Positions 7,852 to 17,439 of a stretch of DNA of 34,153 nt are shown one piece after another. Position 1 is the stretch's first letter; every line of letters starts with the position of its first letter. Where the stretch lies: positions 1 through 34,153 of the IMG/VR virus record IMGVR_UViG_3300031999_000113; one strand, written 5' to 3'. A program made the position numbers and the translations under genes. This DNA is from a virus. Lineage: Duplodnaviria > Caudoviricetes. The notes below the pieces were generated by a model. The model saw only the letters and a list, made by a program, of their open reading frames with translations. It had not been told where the DNA came from and made no database searches.

Positions 7852-9891
7852 ATGAAAACAACACTGTGCTCTAGTTGCGGCGGACTGGTAATAGACGGCA
7901 AACAGAAGTATCACCACTTGAAGAGATGTGTTGGCTACAAGCAAGAAGGTGTTGACCATCTTTGTTGCATGGTTTGTGGATACAAGACACCGATGATTTC
8001 TCACCATATTCACATTCACGGAATGAGTCTCGAAGAATACCGAGTGAAATATCCTGATTGTAAGGTGGTTCTCCCATCTGTTACGGAGAAAAGAAGACAG
8101 TCCCTTCTCGCAAATGGCTGCTTCAAGCCAGTCAGTGAGCGGCGCGGCTCGGTTCAATGCGACAAATGTGGAGACTGGTTTATCTTCGGTGGAATGACAA
8201 AGCACTTGCAGGAATGTATCGTGAAGAATCCTGACAAGTATGAGTTAAACAAGGACTATGTGAAGTGTCCCGAGTGTAATCAAGTTTTTCTGAGCCTGAG
8301 CACCCACCTGAGAAAAGAGCACGGTTGGGACGATGAGAAACTTCATATGGAGCACGGAAGGGGGCTGTATCTTCGGGCCAGCAAAATCATAGACAAGTGT
8401 ATCAAGTCCACTACCGACAAGCGATCCTTCATTGAAATCAACAAGAAGCGTGAGCAAACAGTGCGAGAGAAATACGGTGTGGACAATGTGTTCAGTCTTC
8501 CCGAAGTCCAAGCAGCGATGATCGAAACCAGTCAGCGTCGGTATGGAACAAATCATCCGATGCAGAACGAGGAGATATTCACGCGGCAAACTGACTCGGC
8601 ACATCGCGGCCCGTCCGCGCTTGAGGTATTCTTTGACGAGCATACCTGCGAGCAGTGCGTTTACATTGGCTATGGCGGACGTTTCATCCGTACAAAGACG
8701 GGCGTTCACAAGTATGGCAGACTCATTAAGGACTTGAATCCCGACTTTATAGTGCTGTCGAGCAATGTGCTGGAATCGGCCTTGGCTGCATCGAAGGAAC
8801 ATAGGAAATTGAGCAGTGAGAGGCACCGATCCCGCTATGTCATAGAGCTTCTTGGCGATTACTATCATTCCAAAGAGGTCATTGGCGTCGATCCAGTCGA
8901 GCACGAAAAGGAACTCGTCGCCGCATACCGATCCGCCAATATCGAATGCCTTGTTCTGTGGGAAAATGATGTGATGACTCGCTGGGAGAGCATCCGTCCG
9001 ATGGTGGACGCTTGGATTGACAAAGCCGTCAAGGACATGAATGAACACCCTATTTTCAGCAGGGCTACAAAGAATAAGGTTGACCGCCGAAAGGGCGATC
9101 TGCTGGTTCCTGATGGCTCAGGGAAGAAATTCAGGAGCCACAAGCAGCTAGATAAGTGGCTGGCGAGCCCGCTCAATTACTGGAAGCCGGGAATGGTTGA
9201 AGGCAAGGATTATGTCGTCTGCCAAGAATGCAACGCCCGCGTCGCCAAGGCAACAGAGCACATTCGCAAGTCGCACGGCATGACAAAAGAGCAGTATCTT
9301 GCCAAGTATCCCGATGCTACTATGGTATCCGCGTCTATTGGCGAGGCATTACGAGCAAGCGCGGCACCCAGAGGCCCATATGTTCCGAGCATCGCCTACC
9401 GATGCCAAGATGGCACAATAGTTCGCAAGAAGGACGCATGGCTGCGATCTTGGTCGCCAAACCAGCCACCGCAGGACAGTATCGTTGATGGTGGCCTATA
9501 TGATCCGTGGAAGGACAAAGTAGAGTCGGTGGATTTCGTCACCTGCAAACTTTGCGGACATCGTGCGGCCAATTTGTCTCGCCATATCAAAACGCATAGT
9601 GTTTCAAGTTACGATGGCCCGCTAAGGTCTCAGAAGTGTATTGAAAACATTTCCGCTGGCGCATATACGGCATGGGATATTCGCGGCAGAAAGCCCGAGC
9701 GCGATTTGTCGCAGAACAAAACGCACAAGCAGCACGGCTTGACGAAAGAGATTTTAGAGCAGTTATATGTTGCCGAAGCACTTTCTGACGCCAAGATAGG
9801 AGAGCGATACGGAATGACTGGCGAAGGGATAGCTTACCAGCGCAAGAAGCACGGTATACAGACACGGCAAAGAGTTCACCTTGCCTCATAA
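7852..9891 (+). CDS. Free-standing putative homing endonuclease: Vsr/DUF559-like nuclease with multiple zinc fingers and C-terminal HTH
   Basis: NPDFIV...VIELLGDYYH...LVLWEND motif; about 6 CxxC..H..H fingers; EKYGVDN/RRYGTNH repeats; start placed downstream of the promoter (alternative start 7819). Confidence 0.7.
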   Translation: MKTTLCSSCGGLVIDGKQKYHHLKRCVGYKQEGVDHLCCMVCGYKTPMISHHIHIHGMSLEEYRVKYPDCKVVLPSVTEKRRQSLLANGCFKPVSERRGSVQCDKCGDWFIFGGMTKHLQECIVKNPDKYELNKDYVKCPECNQVFLSLSTHLRKEHGWDDEKLHMEHGRGLYLRASKIIDKCIKSTTDKRSFIEINKKREQTVREKYGVDNVFSLPEVQAAMIETSQRRYGTNHPMQNEEIFTRQTDSAHRGPSALEVFFDEHTCEQCVYIGYGGRFIRTKTGVHKYGRLIKDLNPDFIVLSSNVLESALAASKEHRKLSSERHRSRYVIELLGDYYHSKEVIGVDPVEHEKELVAAYRSANIECLVLWENDVMTRWESIRPMVDAWIDKAVKDMNEHPIFSRATKNKVDRRKGDLLVPDGSGKKFRSHKQLDKWLASPLNYWKPGMVEGKDYVVCQECNARVAKATEHIRKSHGMTKEQYLAKYPDATMVSASIGEALRASAAPRGPYVPSIAYRCQDGTIVRKKDAWLRSWSPNQPPQDSIVDGGLYDPWKDKVESVDFVTCKLCGHRAANLSRHIKTHSVSSYDGPLRSQKCIENISAGAYTAWDIRGRKPERDLSQNKTHKQHGLTKEILEQLYVAEALSDAKIGERYGMTGEGIAYQRKKHGIQTRQRVHLAS

Positions 9892-9904
9892 TTCTTTGAT
9901 ATTT
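9887..9904 (+). promoter_or_regulatory. Motif B variant (CATAATTCTTTGATATTT)
   Basis: One mismatch to the consensus; 32 nt before ATG 9919. Confidence 0.6.
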
Positions 9905-9918
9905 GCCGCTAGGGTAGA

Positions 9919-10839
9919 ATGTTCAAATACGGCGACAAGGTAGTTCTCAGAAAGCGCGGAGCCATCGGACGGGCCACGGGCTATGTCCGTAGTGTCCTTT
10001 CAACTGGACAGATTGTGGTTAAGTGGTATCCAAGCGGCACCGAAGTAAAACACTGGCCCGAAGAACTGGTAAAGGAATCCGAACTTCACACGTTTACGGC
10101 TCGCATCGCTTCCATAGCCGAGAAAATAGCTTACAGTCCGATCCGCGTTGACAGGCGGACTGTCAAGGACATCATCGACGAGTTTTTCAAGTTTGTCGAA
10201 TGGGCGGCCAAGAGCCAGCACCCCGAGCAGCCTTTCGGCGTCCTGACGATTCTTGCCAAGGAAGTGGAGATGGAGAATGTGAAGGGCGAAAGGTTGTCCG
10301 TTGTTATCAAGCTGGTATCGAAGCCTGACTCCTCCGACGAGCCCGTGATTGCAGGCGGCGCGGGATTCACGACGAGCGGCGGAGTGAGAAAGCCTGCCGC
10401 GTTCATCAACGTCAACGGAAACTTCAATGCGTTACAGTTTCTTGGTATTCGACGGGATGTTGAGATACGGTTGGACGATCTAATTTCACACGAGCTGGTT
10501 CATTTGGCTGATGTGCGAATGGATGAGCCGTCTGCCGGGAAAACATTCCGCCAAGTGCCCGATATATCGGAAGTGAATATGCAATCCTACGCGAACCATC
10601 CTGCTGAAGTGCGGGCGTATATGCGCACGATTGTCAATCAGGTGCAGCGGGCGGTTGACGCGATGAGAAATGAAACCGATGTTCACAGGGCTGTTGACCG
10701 CGCTCTCAAGATGAGCAGGACATGGGCCATGATTGAAGAATACCTGAACGAGAAGAACCGCCGAATCATTCTGGACGCGGTGTATCGGGCCGTGGCGGGG
10801 GCGATCCAGCAACGGCAGATGGCGGCAAGCAGTCCGTAG
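9919..10839 (+). CDS. Putative zinc metallopeptidase (HExxH) with N-terminal SH3-like module and helix tag
   Basis: ISHELVHLAD plus downstream HPAEVRAY; internal ARIASIAEKIA. Confidence 0.6.
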   Translation: MFKYGDKVVLRKRGAIGRATGYVRSVLSTGQIVVKWYPSGTEVKHWPEELVKESELHTFTARIASIAEKIAYSPIRVDRRTVKDIIDEFFKFVEWAAKSQHPEQPFGVLTILAKEVEMENVKGERLSVVIKLVSKPDSSDEPVIAGGAGFTTSGGVRKPAAFINVNGNFNALQFLGIRRDVEIRLDDLISHELVHLADVRMDEPSAGKTFRQVPDISEVNMQSYANHPAEVRAYMRTIVNQVQRAVDAMRNETDVHRAVDRALKMSRTWAMIEEYLNEKNRRIILDAVYRAVAGAIQQRQMAASSP

Positions 10840-10874
10840 GGCCAGTCTCATTCTTTTGCAAATACCTTCAATTT

Positions 10875-10927
10875 CTCTGGATTTATACCTTCTTATTGCA
10901 ATGTATCAGTGTAAGGAGATTGAAACT
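10875..10927 (+). promoter_or_regulatory. Motif A promoter/RBS cassette (CTCTGGATTT-N12-13-TGCAATGT...AAGGAGATTGAAAC)
   Basis: One of 8 copies preceding accessory genes. Confidence 0.7.
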
Positions 10928-11437
10928 ATGAACATTGAAGAACTCGGAAAAATACTGAATCAAAAGCGGCTCGTTCGATGTGATATCGAGCGACGAGTTG
11001 AACTTCGTCGCAGTGAGCTGGCAGATGAAATTCGCGTGAAGCTCAATGATGAATACGGTGCGGAACTCTCAGCCGCTCGTGCCGAAGAAGCCAAGACTGA
11101 AGCCGAATGGCGGAATGAAAAAGACCGCGAAAACCTCGTGGCTTCGGCTTCCAAGTTGCCGTATCCCGAGAGCACGATTCTGCGGAAATGGCGGTATGAA
11201 TGCTACTCGAAGGTATGGAGAGTGGAATACGGAGAGTTCGTGCTTCAAGTTTTCCGCGAGGGCGACAAGATTTCCCGAAATTATCGGTGGGGCAAGAGGC
11301 CGAATGTCGGGGACATTGTTTTGCGAGCCATGAAGAAAGACGGGACGCCGAGCCTTGCGGTTGAAAGATGGAATGATTACATGAAGAAAAGCGTGCTTCC
11401 CAAGGGGCAAGAGCCCATAGTCGAGCAAAAAGCGTGA
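10928..11437 (+). CDS. Hypothetical protein
   Basis: AAGGAG RBS in the motif A cassette; ATG 10928. Confidence 0.75.
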   Translation: MNIEELGKILNQKRLVRCDIERRVELRRSELADEIRVKLNDEYGAELSAARAEEAKTEAEWRNEKDRENLVASASKLPYPESTILRKWRYECYSKVWRVEYGEFVLQVFREGDKISRNYRWGKRPNVGDIVLRAMKKDGTPSLAVERWNDYMKKSVLPKGQEPIVEQKA

Positions 11438-11441
11438 TTAT

Positions 11442-11494
11442 CTCTGGATTTTTTCACTGTTGTTGCAATGTTGTAGTAGAAGGAGATTGAAACG
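11442..11494 (+). promoter_or_regulatory. Motif A promoter/RBS cassette
   Basis: CTCTGGATTT...TTGCAATGTTGTAGTAGAAGGAGATTGAAAC. Confidence 0.7.
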
Positions 11495-11887
11495 GTGAGT
11501 AACGTGAAAGACATCAAAATCGTTGGCGATCTGGACACGCTCGGTATTGCCGAGGCAACCTGCGAGTCGGTTGACTCCGATCTGGCACTGGAGTTTCTGG
11601 AGAAGGGGCACAACATTGCCAAGGCCGACGTGCCTGCCGCTCAGAAGGCGGCCAAGATGATTACTCGCTTTCTGGCCCAGTCAACGTTCCCGCACTTCGG
11701 GCTGAAGATACAATTCGGGGGCGAAAGCCGTGAGGAAAAGAACGGCTACAAGGGCCAAATCACATACTTCAACTACGAGATCACGGGACAGGAAGCCGTC
11801 AGTTATGACTACCTACAGAACCTTGTGGCGGCACTGGAAGTGTTCGGCAAGGTTGACGTGCGAGCGATAAGGGATTTGGAACTATGA
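11495..11887 (+). CDS. Hypothetical protein
   Basis: GTG start after the cassette RBS. Confidence 0.75.
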   Translation: MSNVKDIKIVGDLDTLGIAEATCESVDSDLALEFLEKGHNIAKADVPAAQKAAKMITRFLAQSTFPHFGLKIQFGGESREEKNGYKGQITYFNYEITGQEAVSYDYLQNLVAALEVFGKVDVRAIRDLEL

Positions 11888-11985
11888 AAACGACGAGATT
11901 TTCCAAGGCCAAGCTTCATTACAAGAAATGGGAGAGGAAAATCTTGAATCGTATCGTGAGGCGAGAAGGAAAGGTGAAACTATGA
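11884..11985 (+). CDS. Small basic hypothetical protein (33 aa)
   Basis: ATGA overlaps with both neighbours; MKTTRFSKAKLHYKKWERKILNRIVRREGKVKL. Confidence 0.45.
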   Translation: MKTTRFSKAKLHYKKWERKILNRIVRREGKVKL

Positions 11986-12170
11986 AGCTGATGATGGGAT
12001 GTGATTTCGTGCGTGATGTAAACTGGCAGCCGAAGGAGTTTAAGTCGGATGCGGGTATCATCAGGTATGCCAAGAGGACGATGCCTGAAGACCTGAAGCG
12101 GCTGGGCTTCGGCGTCGGCCTGTGGCACGGCCCCGAGTACGTTCGGGCGTCATACGGCAGAAAGTGCTGA
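11982..12170 (+). CDS. Hypothetical protein
   Basis: AAGGTG RBS; ATG 11982. Confidence 0.6.
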   Translation: MKLMMGCDFVRDVNWQPKEFKSDAGIIRYAKRTMPEDLKRLGFGVGLWHGPEYVRASYGRKC

Positions 12171-12184
12171 AAAATCTTCAATTT

Positions 12185-12236
12185 CTCTGGATTTCCGATG
12201 CCCTTCTGCAATGTAGTAGTGGAAGGGATTGAGACT
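12185..12236 (+). promoter_or_regulatory. Motif A promoter/RBS cassette
   Basis: CTCTGGATTT...CTGCAATGTAGTAGTGGAAGGGATTGAGAC. Confidence 0.7.
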
Positions 12237-13457
12237 ATGAAAACGAACTTCAAGATTCCCAGCAGCCGAGTCAAGGAGATGGAGAAGGCTATTCGCCGTC
12301 TCAACAAGCACGCCCAGAAGATGGGATACGGCGAAGCCAAGGTCGTTTCGATTGGCGAACCCAAGGAAACCCTGAAAAAGCACATTATCGTCGATCAGGA
12401 TGGCGAAGTCGCTCTGGACAAGGATTACGTGGTTCTGGTCAGGGACGTTGAAGTTGAGATTCCCGAGCAGTTCCTGAACGCTGCCGACGCCGAGTGGAAG
12501 GTCATCGGACAGGTTGTCCGTGTTGAAGGTAACGCCGAGGCGGTCGGTGAAACCAGCAGGCTCCCCGAGATTAACAAGTTTGCCGAAGGCTACAACTGGA
12601 AGTGTCAGACCTGCCAGCACGCGCTTGGCCGTGGTTTCGTTGTCGAGCACAAGGATGGCCGGAAGCTGATCGTCGGTGTCGAGTGCCTGAAGCAGTACAC
12701 TGGCGCGGATGGACAGGCCATCATCAAGGCGATAGAGTTCGTGGCACTGTTGATCGAAGGTGAGTGCGATGAGCACGATCAGTCCGAAGGCGGATATGGC
12801 CGTCGGGCTTACCACGCGATAGAGTTGGATGAATATCTTGCCGTATGTCTGGCGGTCGTCAGGCGTGATAAAGGCTATCTGAAACGCTGGGTCGAAGACC
12901 GTCACGCCTTTGACAAGATGGAGAATGTTGATTGCACTCGGAACTGCGCTCTGGCTCATTTCGTCGGCGGGCGGACTACCGTGAAGATCGAAGTAACCGA
13001 TGCCGACAAGGTTGCCGCCGAAGCATTGATTGAAGCATGGCTGGCGGCGGAAGTCCCCGTGAAGGAAGATGGCAAGAAGGACGAATATGCCGAGCAGTGC
13101 AAGTTCCTTGCCGAGCGTGGCTGGATTTCCGAGAAGTCCGCAGGTATCGCGGCGAGCATGGTAAACGGCCCCCGCGTCCAGAAGCCGAACGTTTCCCAGT
13201 ATGTCGGCGAGGTTGGCAAGCGGCAGGACTTCCTCGACCTGACTGTGGTTGCTGCGATTCCGCAGGAAACCCAGTATGGCTTCAGCACGATTTTGAAATT
13301 TGAAGATGCGGCTGGCAATGTGTTGACTTGGTTCGCCAGTGGCAATCCGGGATTCGAGAACGGTAAGAAGGTGAGCGTAAAGGCCACCGTGAAGGCTCAG
13401 GAAGAATATCGCGGAGTGAAGCAGACTGTGATTACCCGTGCGAAATTGATTCAATAA
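12237..13457 (+). CDS. Hypothetical protein with zinc-binding motif and C-terminal OB-fold-like domain
   Basis: CQTCQH...VGVECL; C-terminal YVGEVGKR...GNVLTWFAS...VKATVKAQEEYRGVKQTVITR. Confidence 0.7.
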   Translation: MKTNFKIPSSRVKEMEKAIRRLNKHAQKMGYGEAKVVSIGEPKETLKKHIIVDQDGEVALDKDYVVLVRDVEVEIPEQFLNAADAEWKVIGQVVRVEGNAEAVGETSRLPEINKFAEGYNWKCQTCQHALGRGFVVEHKDGRKLIVGVECLKQYTGADGQAIIKAIEFVALLIEGECDEHDQSEGGYGRRAYHAIELDEYLAVCLAVVRRDKGYLKRWVEDRHAFDKMENVDCTRNCALAHFVGGRTTVKIEVTDADKVAAEALIEAWLAAEVPVKEDGKKDEYAEQCKFLAERGWISEKSAGIAASMVNGPRVQKPNVSQYVGEVGKRQDFLDLTVVAAIPQETQYGFSTILKFEDAAGNVLTWFASGNPGFENGKKVSVKATVKAQEEYRGVKQTVITRAKLIQ

Positions 13458-13508
13458 CTCTGGATTTTCAGCCCCCTGCTGCAATGTAGTAGCGAAGGAG
13501 AAACTATC
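13458..13508 (+). promoter_or_regulatory. Motif A promoter/RBS cassette
   Basis: CTCTGGATTT...CTGCAATGTAGTAGCGAAGGAG. Confidence 0.7.
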
Positions 13509-14345
13509 ATGGAAGTGAAAGCTAAATTGCTGAGTGAATGCGGAACAGAATTCATTCTCGCCGAGAAGACCGAGAAGGAAGACAAGTATGTGATCGACAT
13601 CGAGCCGGGCGACTATCTGGTTATCGAGGTCGGTGCGAAGGTAGGAAAGCCCGTGGCCAAGTTCCAGCACCCGAATATCGCGGCGACGGCGAAGCGGGTA
13701 TACGAGTTCAAGTGGTACAGGCGCGGCGGTAGCAAATTCTGGACATCGGCGGCAGGCGTGAGTCACTACTTCGTCGTTCCACGGAGCGCGGTGAAGCTGC
13801 TTCCCGAGAAGGGGCTGTCGTATATCCACGCCGAAATCAATGGCGTCAAGGTTGCGTTCAACGTATCGGGCGGCGGCGGCGGTGGGGTGTGGACTGATTG
13901 GCTGCACACATACACTCAGATTTCCGTCAATCACCCCCTGCGGGACATCAAGAAGATTGCCGAAGTCTCGGTGCGCGGCACCCCGCTGGAGCCGATCAAA
14001 GTTGAGCAGCTTGATCCCGAGAAGGAAGCCCATTGGAATCAGCTCGCGGCAAAAGCCGACGGCAACATGAAGAAGGAAATAGTCGGGCTGATCGAATCAG
14101 GCAAGAAGCCGCTGATTCGATTCTCATTGGGATACAGCTATGACAATCAGCATTCTGGAGAGGGTGTTGAGGTGCAGCGCAGTTGGAAGAAACACAAGAT
14201 TGATGGCAGCAACAGCCAGTGGAAAGAAGACGGGACTGTTAAGAAAATCGTGCTCCTGATCAACGGTATGAAGATCGGAGCGAAACTGAATCAGATAGAT
14301 TGGCATGCGACGGCGCAGGCAAACAGATTGGAAGGTGTTCTGTGA
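13509..14345 (+). CDS. Hypothetical protein
   Basis: 278-aa ORF with RBS. Confidence 0.75.
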   Translation: MEVKAKLLSECGTEFILAEKTEKEDKYVIDIEPGDYLVIEVGAKVGKPVAKFQHPNIAATAKRVYEFKWYRRGGSKFWTSAAGVSHYFVVPRSAVKLLPEKGLSYIHAEINGVKVAFNVSGGGGGGVWTDWLHTYTQISVNHPLRDIKKIAEVSVRGTPLEPIKVEQLDPEKEAHWNQLAAKADGNMKKEIVGLIESGKKPLIRFSLGYSYDNQHSGEGVEVQRSWKKHKIDGSNSQWKEDGTVKKIVLLINGMKIGAKLNQIDWHATAQANRLEGVL

Positions 14346-15013
14346 CAAAGTTTGAAGAACTGATCGAAGCTCGTGATATTTTGAACCAAGAGCGGAGCAA
14401 GGCGACGAAGGCCCTTGAGGCAGGATACGACGCCGAATTACAAGCGGCTTGGAAGAAGAAGTTCCCAAGGCGGAAATTCGATTTCACCAAGAGCATCAAG
14501 GAAAACGCAGAAGAGCATAACGCTATTAAAGCGAAGTGGCAGGCTGACGCCGATGGGAGGTGCAAGAAATATCGGGCCGATTTCGACGACAACGAAGCGG
14601 CAATCAAAAAGGCGGCATTGGATATTGAGATACCAGTATCCAACGATATGGTTCTGTTCAAAACCGTGAGTTCCACTTCATACAGCTCGCAGGGATTCGG
14701 CACGCACAAGTATGCTCGGGCCGCTGCCGAAGACATCGCCGATAAGGCACGATCCTATGGCCTGAAGGTTGAAATCAGGGAGAGATTACTGTCCGAGGGA
14801 AGGGATATTTCTGGCTGGCCATACAAGGTGATTGATTACGAAGTGTGGGTCGGCACTACCGAGACAGGCGTGGAGATTCTGAAGAATAAGCCCTTGAAGC
14901 AAACAATGGCTGAATGGGTGCAGGCTTGCGATAAGCGCGGTGTTAACTGCCGCGTGTTTTCTCCTTTCATGTCTTACGAACTGGAAGAGAAGCTTCGCCA
15001 AGCCAAAGCATAA
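14342..15013 (+). CDS. Hypothetical protein
   Basis: GTGA overlap with the upstream gene; GAAGGTG RBS. Confidence 0.7.
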   Translation: MTKFEELIEARDILNQERSKATKALEAGYDAELQAAWKKKFPRRKFDFTKSIKENAEEHNAIKAKWQADADGRCKKYRADFDDNEAAIKKAALDIEIPVSNDMVLFKTVSSTSYSSQGFGTHKYARAAAEDIADKARSYGLKVEIRERLLSEGRDISGWPYKVIDYEVWVGTTETGVEILKNKPLKQTMAEWVQACDKRGVNCRVFSPFMSYELEEKLRQAKA

Positions 15014-15027
15014 TTTTTTGATATTTT
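15009..15027 (+). promoter_or_regulatory. Motif B (putative late promoter)
   Basis: CATAATTTTTTGATATTTT. Confidence 0.7.
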
Positions 15028-15039
15028 GCGCCTTGGTGT

Positions 15040-15840
15040 ATGGATACGATAAGGTTTGCCAGAATAGCCGAGAAGATTGCTACCGATGCCCGATCCGCCC
15101 GCATTGCGGCCCTATTGTGTGCCGATGTTGAGCGCAAGTGGGAGCCGCCAAAGGGCGACCGCAGGGAATGGCGCAGGAAACTGCCTGACGGCACATACGA
15201 ATACCGCGACACTCCGCCTGAGCAGGGGGACGGCAAGAAGCCAGACAAGCCACAGCCCGATAAGGCCCTGCCGCCGGAGTATAAGAATCATGTCACTCTA
15301 GGGAAGCCCCAACTAGAGAAGACTCTTTCCAAAGGACACTACACGATTATGTCTGGCGGACGGAATTCCAATGATCCCAAGGAAGAGAAGATGGAACCGA
15401 CAGATGAATTTTTCCACAAACGGCATGAAGAATTGCGGGGTGAACTGGAAAAGGCTGGCGTGAAGTATACGGAGTGTGTCGGCAACTATTTCGGCAAAGA
15501 ATCCAGCTTCATGGTGTTCCACGATCCGCAGGAATTGACAGCCAAGACAGCGAAGTCCATCATGGTGCATCATAAGGACAGGGATGAACTGAAATCCCAC
15601 AGAAAGTTCTTGGAAGGGCTTGGAAAGAAGTTCAACCAGAATAGCGTGCTTCACGGCAGCAATGGCACCAACAGGATGGTGTTCACGACTGGCAAACTAA
15701 AGGGAAAGGTTTGCGGCGGCAAGGGCTGGAAGGAAGTGCCAGAAGCGGAAAACCTTTACACCGACATCGACTTGAAGAAGAACGATCACACGAAGTTTTC
15801 TTTGGATTTGAAAACCTGTTTCGAGAAGAAGTATTTATGA
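15040..15840 (+). CDS. Hypothetical protein, DUF3293-like domain, N-terminal helix tag
   Basis: GNYFGKESSFMV...LGKKFNQNSVL pattern; RFARIAEKIA at the N-terminus. Confidence 0.6.
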   Translation: MDTIRFARIAEKIATDARSARIAALLCADVERKWEPPKGDRREWRRKLPDGTYEYRDTPPEQGDGKKPDKPQPDKALPPEYKNHVTLGKPQLEKTLSKGHYTIMSGGRNSNDPKEEKMEPTDEFFHKRHEELRGELEKAGVKYTECVGNYFGKESSFMVFHDPQELTAKTAKSIMVHHKDRDELKSHRKFLEGLGKKFNQNSVLHGSNGTNRMVFTTGKLKGKVCGGKGWKEVPEAENLYTDIDLKKNDHTKFSLDLKTCFEKKYL

Positions 15841-16562
15841 ACCGCTACGGCACGATAGCAGCAATAATCGCCGCAGATGACATCCTAAACCGAAGAATAA
15901 TCAGTGCGTTACAGGATTGGAATCTGTTGCCGCGAGACGGCAAGAGAACGGCAGGTGCGATCCTGTGGCAAGCAGTGTTCTTCATGGGAGTCGCAGGCGC
16001 AGGGAAAAGTTTTGTCCGCACGAAGAGATACATGACGCACTTCGACTTCAAGGCGGTTGATCCAGACGATATACTTCGGAGACATCCCGACTACGATCCG
16101 ATGAATCCGCAGGTTCTGCATGACTGGAGCAAAGAAGTTGCCGATGGCGAATTCGCAAGCATCATCCGCAGCGGCACGGGCCAGTCCGTTGTGGTGGACG
16201 GCACTGGCACCAATCCTGAAAACACCGAGAGAAAAGTAGAAGAGGCGCAAGCCCAAGGCTACCGAACTTATCTGGTGTATGTGTGGGTTCCGCTGGAAGT
16301 TTCGCTGTTCCGCAATCGCAGTCGAGATCGTTTTGTTCCTGAGTCTGTTGTGCTCAGGCAAAACTCGGTGATGCAGCAATCGTTCGGGTATCTCAGGAAC
16401 AAGGTTGACCAGTTCAAAGTCATCCCGAATTACGAGGAACCCGAATTGAAGCTGGCCAAGGATGACATGGCCATGTATCCACCGCCGCAGAAGGTCAGGC
16501 CGCCAAGGCCGGGCGATCCGATGTATGGCGTTATCGAGCGGGCAGCATCCTGCCGAAGATAG
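15837..16562 (+). CDS. P-loop kinase (zeta-toxin/AAA_33-like)
   Basis: Walker A MGVAGAGKS, VDPDDI, VVVDGTG, RNRSRDRFVP lid; ATGA-coupled start. Confidence 0.75.
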   Translation: MNRYGTIAAIIAADDILNRRIISALQDWNLLPRDGKRTAGAILWQAVFFMGVAGAGKSFVRTKRYMTHFDFKAVDPDDILRRHPDYDPMNPQVLHDWSKEVADGEFASIIRSGTGQSVVVDGTGTNPENTERKVEEAQAQGYRTYLVYVWVPLEVSLFRNRSRDRFVPESVVLRQNSVMQQSFGYLRNKVDQFKVIPNYEEPELKLAKDDMAMYPPPQKVRPPRPGDPMYGVIERAASCRR

Positions 16563-16571
16563 TTGCATTAT

Positions 16572-16607
16572 CTCTGGATTTCTCACGCTCTTTTGCAATG
16601 TAGTTGT
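16572..16607 (+). promoter_or_regulatory. Motif A promoter without RBS (leaderless)
   Basis: CTCTGGATTT...TTGCAATGTAGTTGT followed directly by ATG. Confidence 0.65.
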
Positions 16608-17381
16608 ATGAGAACGCTTGTGACGATTGATTTCGACTTTTTTGTAAAAGAAGACCCCGCATGGGATTTCGGCCACCAAGAATCCCTGCTGTTTCTGAAT
16701 ATGATCTGGGAAAGCCGTGTCGGGCTGGCAAACGAGCTGAAGACCGATGGCAACGAACGGGGCTTCTGGAAGTGGCTTCACAAGCATAGCGGCGTCGAGT
16801 ACGCTCCGATGTGTGTATCCGATTCACACGCTTACGCTTGCAACATACATCAGAGTATCAACAGGGTTATCATTATCGATGCCCATCACGACTGCTGGCA
16901 GGGCGATAGTCTCGGGGTGGATAAGAGAGATCGAAACATATACTGTCACAACTGGCTACGCGAATGGCTCTTGCAGAAGAAAGGCAGGAGCGCATTGTGG
17001 GTTAAGCCAGTGTGGCCGAAGGACGGGCTCATCCTACCCGACGATATGAAGAGCAGGGTGAAAGAAGTCACTTGGAGTAAAAGCTTGGATTTGGGGCTAC
17101 AGGGCTCCACAATCGTTCATGTATGCAGAAGCGGTTGCTGGGTGCCACCGTGGCTGGATAAGGCTTTCTTGGCCTTCCTGCGGGCATCTGGCAGGCCACC
17201 GGAGCGTCTGATCTGCCTACAGGACGGCGACTGGAATCCCCTGAACGAGCGGTGGACGGAGCAGGAGTTTCAGCAGATACTGGAGCGGGAAGCCAAGGTT
17301 CAGTCAAGGATGAAGACGCTGGTGGCAGGACAGATACGGGCATCGGATTTCCTGAATTGCAAAGTTGAAGTAAAAAAGTAG
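16608..17381 (+). CDS. Arginase/UPF0489-like metallohydrolase
   Basis: TIDFDFF, DSHAYA, IIIDAHHDC, CRSGCWVPPWLD motifs. Confidence 0.6.
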   Translation: MRTLVTIDFDFFVKEDPAWDFGHQESLLFLNMIWESRVGLANELKTDGNERGFWKWLHKHSGVEYAPMCVSDSHAYACNIHQSINRVIIIDAHHDCWQGDSLGVDKRDRNIYCHNWLREWLLQKKGRSALWVKPVWPKDGLILPDDMKSRVKEVTWSKSLDLGLQGSTIVHVCRSGCWVPPWLDKAFLAFLRASGRPPERLICLQDGDWNPLNERWTEQEFQQILEREAKVQSRMKTLVAGQIRASDFLNCKVEVKK

Positions 17382-17387
17382 GAATAA

Positions 17388-17439
17388 CTCTGGATTTATG
17401 GGCCACTGTTGCAATGTGGTAGTGAAGGAGATTGAGAAT
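17388..17439 (+). promoter_or_regulatory. Motif A promoter/RBS cassette
   Basis: CTCTGGATTT...TTGCAATGTGGTAGTGAAGGAGATTGAG. Confidence 0.7.

Noticed and set aside
12150-14033. 627-aa minus-strand ORF and other long antisense ORFs (206-1222, 6925-7761, 15909-16787, 22200-23294)
   Set aside because: They are shadows of well-supported + strand genes, cross promoter cassettes and show no recognisable motifs
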